Shown here: positions 1-9,351 of the stretch, one piece after another
How the letters are laid out: each line of letters opens with the position of its first letter
Numbering within the stretch: position 1 is the stretch's first letter
The notes under the pieces: model-generated
What the model saw: the letters and a program-made list of their open reading frames with translations, nothing else
What the model was told of the DNA's origin: nothing
Databases searched by the model: none
Position numbers and translations under genes: made by a program
DNA from: an uncultured Poribacteria bacterium
GTDB taxonomy: Bacteria > Poribacteria > WGA-4E > WGA-3G
DNA length: 64,000 nucleotides
Reading direction: 5' to 3'
Assembly: GCA_951813565.1 (NCBI GenBank)
Contig: OX638351.1
Location: 2,720,001-2,784,000 of the forward strand

Positions 1-637
1 CATACCGGGCATAGAAGTAGCATTGGAAGGTATCCTCTTAAAAGGAGAACTCAAGACGCTTGCTCTCTTTGACAAACCCGATCCGCTTGAAGGTCCCTTT
101 TTTGAAGAAACACTTTACATCACACCATCCCGCTTGTCAAAAGAGATTCAAGATGAATTGCATATTGCAACAGCAGAGACTTCTGATGCATTAGGACTTC
201 AACACGGGCCTGTGCATGCGGAATTGCGATACAATGAACAAGGCGCACATCTGATTGAAATTGCTGCGCGGACAATCGGCGGACTCTGTTCCCGAACCTT
301 GCGATTTGGCACTGGAATATCCCTGGAGGAACTGGTTATCAGGCACGCAATTGGACAACCCGTGCAGATTTTCTCTCGCGAGAAACAAGCAGCTGGTGTG
401 ATGATGATTCCCGTTCCGAAAATGGGTATTTTAGGTGAAGTACGCGGTAGAAAGAAGGCGCGTAATGTTAACGGCATTGAGGAGGTTAACATCACAATTC
501 CTATCGGAGAAGAGATTGTGCCGTTGCCAGAAGGTGATAAATACCTCGGTTTCATTTTCGCCCGCGCCGAGACACCAGAAGCGGTAGAGGCAACATTACG
601 TGAGGCGCATCGGTTTTTGGAATTTGTTATACTGTAG
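1..637 (+). CDS. ATP-grasp domain protein, 5'-truncated by the window edge
   Basis: HGPVHAELR and LIEIAARTIGG ATP-grasp motifs; the reading frame is open from the window start. Confidence 0.75.
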   Translation, partial: IPGIEVALEGILLKGELKTLALFDKPDPLEGPFFEETLYITPSRLSKEIQDELHIATAETSDALGLQHGPVHAELRYNEQGAHLIEIAARTIGGLCSRTLRFGTGISLEELVIRHAIGQPVQIFSREKQAAGVMMIPVPKMGILGEVRGRKKARNVNGIEEVNITIPIGEEIVPLPEGDKYLGFIFARAETPEAVEATLREAHRFLEFVIL

Positions 638-683
638 TTGGTAATGCCAAATAATATTTAATTCACCAATAAACTTAACAAAC

Positions 684-865
684 GGGTGTGTAAAGTTTTT
701 GTAGAAACCCTGATGTTAAGGGGCGTGTGTCCAGTTTTTATTGAAGATTGCCTGACATTAGGGAACCGTGGACATCGTAGGGGCGAGGTTTCCTCGCCCG
801 CGTAAAACTACTGTAGGGGCGGGGAGACCCCGCCCCTACAGACAGCAACCAAAACTTTACACACC
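684..865. mobile_element. MITE with GGGTGTGTAAAGTTTT ends (IS256-like termini) carrying GTAGGGGCG REP palindromes
   Basis: TIR GGTGTGTAAAGTTTT...AAAACTTTACACACC; internal GTAGGGGCGGGGAGACCCCGCCCCTAC. Confidence 0.75.
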
Positions 866-875
866 AAATGACTCA

Positions 876-1045
876 GGGTGTGTAAAGTTTTTGGCACAGA
901 GGCACAAACTTTTGTTCTCTTTAGTCCCGTAGGGACTGAATGGCATATTTCAAATAATAAAGTGCCTAAAGACAACACCTAAGTGGGAACAGTAACACAC
1001 ACCCACAATAACAGTGGGTTTATTTTGCCAAAAACTTTACACACC
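876..1045. mobile_element. Second GGGTGTGTAAA MITE, in tandem with the first
   Basis: TIR GGTGTGTAAAGTTTTTGGCA...TGCCAAAAACTTTACACACC; direct repeat AAATGACTCA at 866-875 and 1046-1055. Confidence 0.8.
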
Positions 1046-1053
1046 AAATGACT

Positions 1054-1276
1054 CAGGGCAATTTAGTTTTCGGTTTTTCGGACGAATTTTTAACACTTGC
1101 TATATACCCCAGAAGGGTAGGTGCGGTTTCCTAACCGCACCGATTTTGGATCAAAAACCTTCATAGTGACTTGCTCTGGAAGATGCGGTGCGGTTAGGAA
1201 ACCGCACCTACCGCCCTTGGTTATTAACTTTGAGTAAACCGAAATAACGGAAAACTCTTAAAACTAAATAACCCTG
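1054..1276. mobile_element. MITE with CAGGG termini (ISAs1-like) carrying an inverted REP pair
   Basis: CAGGGCAATTTAGTTTT...AAAACTAAATAACCCTG; AATGACT in both flanks; internal GGTAGGTGCGGTTTCCTAACCGCACC and its reverse complement. Confidence 0.7.
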
Positions 1277-1294
1277 CCAATGACTCCATTACCC

Positions 1295-1323
1295 TTGACA
1301 TCTGAGGAAAATTAGTATAAGCT
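1295..1323 (+). promoter_or_regulatory. Putative sigma70 promoter for the Uma2 gene
   Basis: TTGACA-N17-TAAGCT. Confidence 0.5.
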
Positions 1324-1425
1324 TAACGTGAGTTCGGTTTAAGAATGCTGACAGTAAACGGACGCAAATATAACTATCAATTGTTCTAACCCCCTGTAAT
1401 TCTTGGAAATAAAGGAGGGACGATT

Positions 1426-2184
1426 GTGGCTGATAAAGAAGTTATTGAAGAAACTGGATCTGATATTTCCACATCTCGTATACGATATGCGCCGACGAAT
1501 GGGGCAATTATCTATCCTGAATCAGATGGGAAACCTATGGCAGAAACAGAACTGCACCGAGATGCGCTTATAAATGCGCTGATAATCCTTATTGAGGCTT
1601 TTAAAGATAAACCTGATGTGTGCGTTTCAGGAAATATGATGATGTACTATGTTGAAGGAGACCCTAAGAAGTCAATTTCACCTGATGTATTTGTTTCTTT
1701 TGGTATAGGTAAAAAGCTACGTCGCACATATCGCGTTTGGGAAGAGGGTAAACCCCCAGACTTTGTGTTGGAATTTTCAAGTGAGAAAACTCATAGAACA
1801 GACCAAAATGAAAAGAAACTACTGTATGCCTCAATAGGTGTGCAAGAATACTTTCTGTATGATCCCGAAAGGCAGTATTTACCGACACCCCTCATGGGTT
1901 TTCGTCTCGTTGATGGGGAGTATGTTCCAATACCGGCGGGGACTGATGGAAGTGTTATGTCTGTAACATTGAATTTAGAACTGCGTTTAAGAGGGAATAT
2001 TCTCGGTTTTTACGATAAGGTTTCGGCAAAGTGGTTAGAAACTCCAGCAGATACAGCGGCTGCAAGAGCGGACCAAGAAGCTGCAAGAGCGGACCAAGAA
2101 ACCGAGATTAGAAAGCTGGCTGAAGCAGAAGCAGCGCGACTCCGAGAGGAACTTGAACGTTTGAAAGCACAAAGCGCGTCGTAG
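1426..2184 (+). CDS. Uma2-family (PD-(D/E)xK) endonuclease with coiled-coil tail
   Basis: YPESDGKPMAET, ISPDVFV, PDFVLEFSS and GVQEYFLYDP motifs. Confidence 0.85.
   Translation: MADKEVIEETGSDISTSRIRYAPTNGAIIYPESDGKPMAETELHRDALINALIILIEAFKDKPDVCVSGNMMMYYVEGDPKKSISPDVFVSFGIGKKLRRTYRVWEEGKPPDFVLEFSSEKTHRTDQNEKKLLYASIGVQEYFLYDPERQYLPTPLMGFRLVDGEYVPIPAGTDGSVMSVTLNLELRLRGNILGFYDKVSAKWLETPADTAAARADQEAARADQETEIRKLAEAEAARLREELERLKAQSAS
2059..2100 (+). repeat. Perfect 21-bp tandem repeat (AARADQE x2) in the Uma2 coiled coil
   Basis: GCTGCAAGAGCGGACCAAGAA twice in a row. Confidence 0.9.
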
Positions 2185-2229
2185 CATACGAACACTCAAA
2201 ATAGCCTCGCTCTATAGCAATAATGCGTT

Positions 2230-3231
2230 TTACCGGTTTCCGGTCACACCAACCGCCTTCCGCACCTTTCGCAGAATTGGCACAGCGATATCGTGCGCTT
2301 TTTCCGCACCTTTCTCAAGCACTTTATCCAATTCATCACGACTTTCCATAAGCCCATCATACTGCTCACGTTGTGCGGAAAAGGTTGTCTCTAACAACTC
2401 ATTCAGTTCATTTTTCATATCGCCATACGCGAGTCCGCCATCAAGATAGAGTTGCCGCTTCGCTTCAACAGCATCCGCATCTGCAAAATGACGATAGATG
2501 GCAAAGACATTACATTCATCGGGGTCTTTCGGTTCTTCAGGGCGTTTGGAATCGGTCACGATACGCATAACCTGTTTACGAACTTGATTTGACGGCGCAA
2601 AAAGTGGGATGACATTGTTATAACTTTTGCTCATTTTCCTACCATCAAGTCCAGTGATAGTCATTACCTCTTTCCGAATTACTGCCTCTGGAACAACCAA
2701 GACTTCCCGATAATTCTTATTAAAAGTGAGTGCCACATCGCGTGTAATTTCGAGGTGCTGTTGTTGGTCAAGTCCTACGGGAACAACATGTGTGCCGAAT
2801 AGCAAGATATCTGCCGCCATCAAAACAGGATATGTAAACAGCCCAGCGTTGATGTTTTTGTCCTCTTCACGACCTGCCTCAACATTGTCGTCAACAATTG
2901 CTTTGTAGGCATGCGCGCGGTTGAGCAACCCCTTTGATGTGAAACAGGCTAATACCCATGCCAATTCAAACACCTCTGGAATATCCGATTGACGATAAAA
3001 AATGACATCATCTGGGTTCAATCCCAATGCTAACCATGTCGCTGTCACCTGATATGTCAAATCCTCTAATTCTTTTTTCTTTTTAACTGTGGTAAGTGCG
3101 TGGTAATCGGCAATAAAATAGAGCGCCTGATAATCTTGCGCGAGTTCCAGTGCAGGTTTGATCATACCGAGATAGTTGCCAATGTGCGGCTGTCCTGTCG
3201 GTTTTATTCCTGTTAAAGCGATCTGTTTCAA
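2230..3231 (-). CDS. trpS: Tryptophan--tRNA ligase
   Basis: TGIKPTG-HIGN, GLFTYPVLMAADIL, KMSKS. Confidence 0.97.
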   Translation of the reverse strand: MKQIALTGIKPTGQPHIGNYLGMIKPALELAQDYQALYFIADYHALTTVKKKKELEDLTYQVTATWLALGLNPDDVIFYRQSDIPEVFELAWVLACFTSKGLLNRAHAYKAIVDDNVEAGREEDKNINAGLFTYPVLMAADILLFGTHVVPVGLDQQQHLEITRDVALTFNKNYREVLVVPEAVIRKEVMTITGLDGRKMSKSYNNVIPLFAPSNQVRKQVMRIVTDSKRPEEPKDPDECNVFAIYRHFADADAVEAKRQLYLDGGLAYGDMKNELNELLETTFSAQREQYDGLMESRDELDKVLEKGAEKAHDIAVPILRKVRKAVGVTGNR

Positions 3232-3285
3232 TTCGGTTCTCCTTTGTTTGTTCTATTTCTATTATAACTTGCAGAAATGGGGATG

Positions 3286-4152
3286 TCAATCAAACCTATG
3301 CACCATAACAGTATCACCATTTTTTAATCCCAAACGTGCTTCGGCATTTCCTAAGTTAATGGCAATTTCCAGTAGCCCAAAACTCCCAATAATTGCCAGT
3401 GGTTCTCCAGCGTCTGATTCAGCGTAAGCACCATTCAGTTTTTTAAGACACGTATTACCTGCTATAATTTCAAATTTTGCAGACACCATTTGCTTATCAA
3501 GTTGTTCGACTGCATCCTCATTTGAAACAGACGATAGCAAGAAAGAGACAAGCGCGTTTTCCGAAATATTCGTTATTAAATTTCCAAAACTATCAACATT
3601 GATAATTTGTCCTGTCAATGTCCCATCTGAAATGCATATCCCAGGGACAGGGAACCGGACAAGGTCTCGAATCGGTGCCCCGATCTGTGCAAGCGGAACA
3701 CCAAGCGAAAGATGCGCAGCTACAGGCGCGAAAATATCTCTGCCGTGGAAAGTATTGCTAGCTTGCGGTAAAAGATAAGCTGGGTTTTCGATGTTCACTG
3801 CATCAGGTTTGCAGGTTTCTTCAGTTTCAATGTCTTGTAGTATATAACTCAATACGCCATTGTTAGGGCACACATAAAACGCGCCATCAGTTTTACAAAC
3901 CATTGCTTGTCGATCACTACCGACACCCGGATCTACTACAATGATATGAATTGTGCCTTTGGGGAAATAGCGATATGCAGCGCGAATTGCAAAAGCAGCT
4001 TCATGTATGTCTTGCGGTGGGATAGCATGTGTTATGTCAACAATCTGGACATTCGGATTAATGTTTAGGATAACACCCTTCATCACACCGACATACACAT
4101 CACTTGTGTCAAAATCGGTTGTTAGGGTGATAATAGGAGAGGATTTATCCAT
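3286..4152 (-). CDS. DUF62 SAM hydroxide adenosyltransferase (chlorinase/fluorinase superfamily)
   Basis: ITLTTDF, VVDPGVG, TFHGRDIFAP, DSFGNLITN. Confidence 0.9.
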   Translation of the reverse strand: MDKSSPIITLTTDFDTSDVYVGVMKGVILNINPNVQIVDITHAIPPQDIHEAAFAIRAAYRYFPKGTIHIIVVDPGVGSDRQAMVCKTDGAFYVCPNNGVLSYILQDIETEETCKPDAVNIENPAYLLPQASNTFHGRDIFAPVAAHLSLGVPLAQIGAPIRDLVRFPVPGICISDGTLTGQIINVDSFGNLITNISENALVSFLLSSVSNEDAVEQLDKQMVSAKFEIIAGNTCLKKLNGAYAESDAGEPLAIIGSFGLLEIAINLGNAEARLGLKNGDTVMVHRFD

Positions 4153-4315
4153 AGTCCGAAGTTTGCAGATTAGGTATCCAATACCATGATTGGCACAGAT
4201 ATGTTTTCCTGCGCAGTCTCACTATTCTGGGCTAAGGTATCAAGTTGATCTAAAATTGCTGCCTCATAATACCTTTCACCGCATTGATGGCATACGCGTA
4301 CTGGTACATTCTTAA

Positions 4316-5673
4316 CACCTTCCCGTCAAATCCCCATGCTTCAGCTTGTGGGATGTAGACGGGCTCAGACCACTATTTACACAAAAAACCTTGTCTATCC
4401 TCATAGATATATGATATACTTACCGACCAATGAAAGCGTATAAATACGAGTTATCTCACCAATCTAATCTAATCCGACTTGGCAACCTGCTTGATGATCT
4501 ACATCAGGTGCATGTGCATGTTCTGAAGTTGCAAAGGCGTTATTATCGTCTATTTGGCAAATACATACCTGCGTATACAATGAACAAGCATATTGCGAAG
4601 TTGAAGAAACGGACAAAACCACATTGGAACCAACTACCGAGCCAAGTTATTCAAGATGTTGTGTTTCGTATTGATAAAGGCTACCAAAGGTTTTTTCAAA
4701 ACATAGAAGACCGTCAATCCGGTAAAACGACCAAAAGGATCGGTAAACCGCATATCAAACCACAACATAAATATAACTCCATGACATTCACACAAGCGGG
4801 CTATAAGATTGAAGGTAATCGTATCTATATCAGTTGTCTAAAAAAGTGGTTTACTTTTTGGAAACATTGCGATTGGACGGGTCAAATCAAAACCGTCACG
4901 ATCAAGCGTGATAATGTCGGGGATTATTATCTCATACTGACTTGTAATGCATCTGAACCGATAGCACATCTTCCCAAGACAGGTCATAGAGCAGGGATAG
5001 ATTTTGGTCTCAAAACATTTCTCACATTGTCAGATGGCACGCAGATAAAGTCTCCCGAGTTCTATAAGAACAGTCTCAAGGCTATCCGTTGTGCGCACAA
5101 GGGGTTATCTCGCAAGATATACTTATCTAATGGATGGTATAAAGCGAAACGCCACCTTTCTCGCGCGTATAAGAAGATAGCGAATCAACGAAGAGACTGG
5201 TTTTTCAAGGTAGCGTTGCGTCTCGTTCACAAATATGATTACATTGCGATTGAAACGCTTCATCTTGATGCGATGAAACGATTGTGGGGTCGTAAAGTCT
5301 CCGATATTGCCTTCGGTGAGTTTGCACTCATTCTTGAATGGACTTGCCAAAAATATGGGAAAGTGCTTGCCAAAACAGGTAAATGGCAACCCACAACCAA
5401 ACCGTGTCATCATTGCGGACACAACAACAACGATTTACAACTCACCGATAGGCACTGGACGTGCCAACAATGTCAGACGCATCACGATAGAGACATCAAC
5501 GCTGCTATCAATATATTGCAGGCTGGGGTACCCGTGTGATAATGCACGATAAAACCGTTCTGATACGGCATAAGAGCCTGCTGGTGGAGTGAAAGTAAGA
5601 CGCTGATTTCTTCGGAAACAGCGCAATCGCGATGAAACCGAAGCCCCTACCTTTAGGTAGTGGGTGGTATCAC
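4316..5673 (+). mobile_element. IS200/IS605-family (IS1341-type, tnpB only) element
   Basis: Subterminal hairpins at both ends, right end TCAC, no target duplication; precise removal restores the host gene. Confidence 0.88.
4430..5539 (+). CDS. tnpB: RNA-guided endonuclease TnpB
   Basis: RuvC residues in GIDFG, AIETL and DRDINAAINI; CxxC...CxxC zinc ribbon. Confidence 0.95.
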   Translation: MKAYKYELSHQSNLIRLGNLLDDLHQVHVHVLKLQRRYYRLFGKYIPAYTMNKHIAKLKKRTKPHWNQLPSQVIQDVVFRIDKGYQRFFQNIEDRQSGKTTKRIGKPHIKPQHKYNSMTFTQAGYKIEGNRIYISCLKKWFTFWKHCDWTGQIKTVTIKRDNVGDYYLILTCNASEPIAHLPKTGHRAGIDFGLKTFLTLSDGTQIKSPEFYKNSLKAIRCAHKGLSRKIYLSNGWYKAKRHLSRAYKKIANQRRDWFFKVALRLVHKYDYIAIETLHLDAMKRLWGRKVSDIAFGEFALILEWTCQKYGKVLAKTGKWQPTTKPCHHCGHNNNDLQLTDRHWTCQQCQTHHDRDINAAINILQAGVPV

Positions 5674-5693
5674 TAATCACTAATTTATCTTCA
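5540..5693 (+). ncRNA. Predicted TnpB omega/reRNA (right-end scaffold plus flanking guide); 5' boundary uncertain
   Basis: Position downstream of tnpB through the TCAC right end; inferred from known TnpB biology. Confidence 0.5.
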
Positions 5694-5773
5694 TACCAGT
5701 GATTAACAGTAACGTTTCTCTCACGAATTTCACCATTGCAATATTCACATTCATGTGTTTTCATTTTCGCACA

Positions 5774-6574
5774 CTACAGATTTTCCTGCATCCACGCGAA
5801 GCTTTTCCGTTGACCCGTGCCATCATTTTCTCTGCCCTCATATTCACAACACCAGACCCCATCATAACCTGCTTCTCGCAAACAATTGATCGCCTTCTCA
5901 AGATCAATTTCGCCTTCACCGAGTGCTTCCCCACGGTAACTCCCGCGTGACCCCGTTCCATCTTTCAGATGCGTGTGTAATGTCCAAGGGGCAATAATTT
6001 CATAATATCTGCCGACTGTCTCTAAATCATGACCCGCCCAACGATAATTCATGGTGTCCATATTCGCACCGACATGTTTAGAACCGACACGTTCAAACAA
6101 TTCCACCTGCAAATCACCGTCATTGGTAACTAAACCATGGTTATCTACTGCTAAATAAACATCGTCCTTTTCAGCAAATTCAAGACAACGGGTTAAACAT
6201 CCTGCCATCGCTTCAACCCATCGGCTTTCTGGCACAGAATCCTTCATAGAGCCGCCTTCTGTCCGAAGAACTGAAGTGCCAACACGTTTTGCGAGTCCAG
6301 CGATGTGTTCCATCCGTTCAACTTGTGCCTGGATAGTTTCTTCCTCCAACACAACAAAATCGTTTCCTGCACCAAGTGCCGAGACCTGCAAACCGTAAGA
6401 CTCAACTTGTTCGCGCACTGCCTCAGCATTCTTTTCGGGATCAGCAGTATCCGATTTCCAAACATCACCGATAGAGAGTTCAACGTATCCAAATCCTGTT
6501 TCACTTGTGAATTTTAGAAAATCATCAAGCGATTTACCTGCATAGTTGTAATGAATAAGTCCAAGTTTTGACAT
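5774..6574 (-). CDS. Sugar phosphate isomerase/epimerase (xylose isomerase-like TIM barrel)
   Basis: LAVDNHG, MDTMN, HTHLKD, GEGEID, CEYEG. Confidence 0.85.
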   Translation of the reverse strand: MSKLGLIHYNYAGKSLDDFLKFTSETGFGYVELSIGDVWKSDTADPEKNAEAVREQVESYGLQVSALGAGNDFVVLEEETIQAQVERMEHIAGLAKRVGTSVLRTEGGSMKDSVPESRWVEAMAGCLTRCLEFAEKDDVYLAVDNHGLVTNDGDLQVELFERVGSKHVGANMDTMNYRWAGHDLETVGRYYEIIAPWTLHTHLKDGTGSRGSYRGEALGEGEIDLEKAINCLREAGYDGVWCCEYEGRENDGTGQRKSFAWMQENL

Positions 6575-6606
6575 AATTCTTTTCGTCCTTTTCCAAAAAG
6601 ATTCTC

Positions 6607-6659
6607 TTGCATTTCTAAAGCGATTATGCTATAATACCTTCATAATAGATAAGTGTCAA
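6607..6659. promoter_or_regulatory. Overlapping divergent sigma70-type promoters
   Basis: Plus strand TTGCAT-N17-TATAAT with extended TG (6607-6635); minus strand TTGACA-N17-TATTAT (6659-6631). Confidence 0.6.
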
Positions 6660-6677
6660 GCAGTTTTTGCAAATGCT

Positions 6678-6798
6678 TAGAGCCATTCAGTTTTTGTGTT
6701 TTTTTTACATTTTGCGCATGGGCGCGAGCTGGAGTTTGCTCCTACAGGAAGAGGTTTTAGAGAGAAGGAAGAAATTATTGGAGAATTGAATGGCTCTG
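6678..6798. mobile_element. MITE with AGAGCCATTCA termini
   Basis: AGAGCCATTCA...TGAATGGCTCT; homologous to 37792-37912. Confidence 0.7.
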
Positions 6799-6841
6799 GC
6801 AATGCTGGAGAAAGCCATAGAGGAGAAGTTACAGGAAGATA

Positions 6842-8008
6842 ATGGAGAACTATAACCTTTTTACAGACCCTAAATTACCCACCATCTATGAAAAAGTCAA
6901 AGCGAAAAAGAGACTCTCTTTTGAGGAGGGAATCACGCTTTACGAAAGTCCTGATATTACAGGAGTCGGATTTATTGCGAACCAAAGCCGTGAACACCTA
7001 AACGGCAACGTCGTATATTATAACATCAACCAACATATAGATTATTCAAACGTGTGCATCCTTCATGCGCGGTGCCATTTTTGTGCCTTTGCCCGAAAAA
7101 ACATGCAAACAGAAGGCGCGTGGGAGATGAGTGTTGATGAGTTCTTAGACAAAGCGATGTATTCTATAGAGCACGGATGCACCGAAATTCATAGCGTGGG
7201 TGGTTTACACCCAAAACTCCCGTTTGACTACTATCTACAGATTATCCGTGGACTCAAAGAACGGATGCCTGATGTCCACCTCAAATTTTTTACGGCTGTT
7301 GAAGTCCATCATTTCTCACGTATCTTCAAAATGTCTATAGAGGATGTCTTAAAACAACTCCGTGAGGCTGGATTAGATTCGTTACCCGGTGGTGGTGCAG
7401 AAATTTTTGCTGAAGAAACGCGTGAAAAAATCTGTCCCGGCAAATTAAGTGCTGAGGGATGGCTTGAAATTCACGACATTGCGCATCGACTCGGTATACC
7501 TACGAACGCAACAATGCTCTATGGACATCTTGAAACAAATGAAGATAGGGTTGACCATCTCATTAGATTGCGAGAACAGCAGGATAAATCAGGCGGGTTC
7601 GTCACATTTATTCCGCTTGCATTCCACCCAGCAAACACACGCCTGGCTTATCTGCCTTCTACATCAGGCTTAACTGATTTGCGAAACATCGCAGTATCCC
7701 GTTTAATGTTGGACAACATGCCGCATATAAAAGTTTATTGGATTATGACAGGGTTAAAAACAGCACAAATCGCACTTAGTTTTGGTGCTGATGATATTGA
7801 TGGCACAGTGACAGAGGAAAAAATTACACACATGGCAGGAGCTGATACACCGGAGGCTGTTTCTGTAGATGCACTCACGCGCCTAATTGAAGAGGCAGGA
7901 TATATCCCAGTAGAACGCGATACACTTTACAATGAAATCATCCGAGAGGGGAATCAGTGGTACAGAAAAGTCGCACATCTCAATATGGGCTTGCAAGCGG
8001 CGCCCTAA
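6842..8008 (+). CDS. mqnE: Aminofutalosine synthase (radical SAM, CofH/MqnE family)
   Basis: EIHSVGGLHP, SLPGGGAEIF, NATMLYGH, FIPLAFHP, FGADDIDGT; adjacent to mqnA. Confidence 0.88.
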   Translation: MENYNLFTDPKLPTIYEKVKAKKRLSFEEGITLYESPDITGVGFIANQSREHLNGNVVYYNINQHIDYSNVCILHARCHFCAFARKNMQTEGAWEMSVDEFLDKAMYSIEHGCTEIHSVGGLHPKLPFDYYLQIIRGLKERMPDVHLKFFTAVEVHHFSRIFKMSIEDVLKQLREAGLDSLPGGGAEIFAEETREKICPGKLSAEGWLEIHDIAHRLGIPTNATMLYGHLETNEDRVDHLIRLREQQDKSGGFVTFIPLAFHPANTRLAYLPSTSGLTDLRNIAVSRLMLDNMPHIKVYWIMTGLKTAQIALSFGADDIDGTVTEEKITHMAGADTPEAVSVDALTRLIEEAGYIPVERDTLYNEIIREGNQWYRKVAHLNMGLQAAP

Positions 8009-8805
8009 AGGTCGGTGCAGTGTCATTTTTGAACACTAAACCACACATTTATCCACTTTTGAATGGTGAACTTCAAACAGAAGAAATTGATCTCAGCTTC
8101 GAAGTGCCAAGTCGTCTTGCGGTTCTTTTGAGTGATAACGAATTAGACATTGGTTTGATCCCAATTGTTGAATACTTTCGGGCAAATGATAGAGGTGAAG
8201 GTTACCGCATTCTCCCAAACATATCAATAGCATCGCGCGGTAGCGTCCTCAGCATTCAATTGTTCAGTCGCGTGCCGATTCAGGACATCCAACAAATTGC
8301 TTTAGATACAAGTTCCCGATCATCTGTAGCATTGCTGAAAATCTTACTCGCTGAAAAATACCAACTTTCTCCGACGTTCGTTCCTTGTGATCCGTCAATT
8401 GATCCTGCCACTGCAGAAACAGAGGCAGTGCTACTTATTGGGGATGCAGCACTTAAAAACCTCGGTGCCACAGAATATAGCATTGATCTCGGCACAGAAT
8501 GGCAAGAATTAACAGGGTTACCTTTTGTCTATGCTTGTTGGGTTGCGAGGGGAGAAGTGGAACTCGGTGATGCGCCGAACCTACTTTTAGAAGCGAAAAA
8601 TCAAGGTATTACACAAATACCTGAAATTGCACGGATTGAAGCACCAAAACTTGATTTGCCCGAAAACCTCTGTAAAGACTATTTACAACATCACATCCAC
8701 TATGACTTGGCAGAATCGGAAGTCGCGGGGCTTGAACGTTTTTATAAACTTGCTGTAAAAAACAAGCTTGTTGAATCAGAGCAAACCTTATGCTTTGAAA
8801 CTTAA
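7957..8805 (+). CDS. mqnA: Chorismate dehydratase (futalosine pathway)
   Basis: VSFLNTKP, SSRSSVAL, LLIGDAAL, DLGTEW...GLPFVYACW. Confidence 0.9.
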   Translation: MVQKSRTSQYGLASGALKVGAVSFLNTKPHIYPLLNGELQTEEIDLSFEVPSRLAVLLSDNELDIGLIPIVEYFRANDRGEGYRILPNISIASRGSVLSIQLFSRVPIQDIQQIALDTSSRSSVALLKILLAEKYQLSPTFVPCDPSIDPATAETEAVLLIGDAALKNLGATEYSIDLGTEWQELTGLPFVYACWVARGEVELGDAPNLLLEAKNQGITQIPEIARIEAPKLDLPENLCKDYLQHHIHYDLAESEVAGLERFYKLAVKNKLVESEQTLCFET

Positions 8806-8841
8806 ATAATCTGACAACTAAAACCGAAAACAGGTTAAAAA

Positions 8842-9351
8842 ATGAATTCCGTTGAAGAACCTACCACTGCTGACGAAATTACACAAAAGTTTGAAGATTT
8901 TCTTAAAAGTTCCGGACTCCGTCTGACTCAAACACGGATGGATGTCTTGGACCAAGTCTTTGCCTACCCAGGACATTTCCAAATCGAAGACCTCTTGGTT
9001 CAGATGCGTCAAAATGGTTATAATGTTTCGCGTCCAACTATCTACCGGACTCTGCCGCTGCTTGTTAGAAGCGGGCTGCTAACGGAATTCATTGACGCAC
9101 ACAAAAACACCCGATACGAAAGCATCCATTCGCTCAAAGAGCATGCCCATCTTATCTGTCTGCGGTGTGGTCAGATCGTTGAATTTAAAGAGCCGCAAAT
9201 CGATGCTTTGCAGAAATCTGTGTGTGATGCGCACCAATTTAAACCAGTGCGCTTCCGGAACGAGATAATTGGCTACTGTTCTGAATGTCAGGCAGAATTA
9301 GAACCAACTACCTCAACTGAGTTAGAACCTTCAATTCCTACCGATTCTTGA
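8842..9351 (+). CDS. Fur-family transcriptional regulator
   Basis: GLRLTQTR, VSRPTIYRTL, HAHLICLRCG, GYCSEC. Confidence 0.9.
   Translation: MNSVEEPTTADEITQKFEDFLKSSGLRLTQTRMDVLDQVFAYPGHFQIEDLLVQMRQNGYNVSRPTIYRTLPLLVRSGLLTEFIDAHKNTRYESIHSLKEHAHLICLRCGQIVEFKEPQIDALQKSVCDAHQFKPVRFRNEIIGYCSECQAELEPTTSTELEPSIPTDS

Larger units (their letters stand above)
4170..5764 (-). pseudogene. YgiT/MqsA-type zinc-finger gene (78 aa) split by an IS605-type element
   Basis: Joining 5764-5674 to 4315-4170 restores MKTHECEYC...DKLVIIKNVPVRVCHQCGERYY...VLDT* in frame. Confidence 0.85.

Noticed and set aside
684..1276. CRISPR-like appearance of recurring GGTGTGTAAAGTTTT and AAATGACTCA sequences
   Set aside because: The repeats are inverted termini and target duplications 170-220 bp apart, not direct repeats with 30-40 nt spacers; no cas genes are present
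3286..4152. Fluorinase/chlorinase
   Set aside because: It has the FHGRD motif of DUF62 SAM hydrolases and no halometabolite gene context
4430..5539. Cas12f-like effector or nuclease-dead TnpB (TldR)
   Set aside because: No CRISPR array is adjacent, all RuvC catalytic residues are present in both TnpBs, and IS ends are intact
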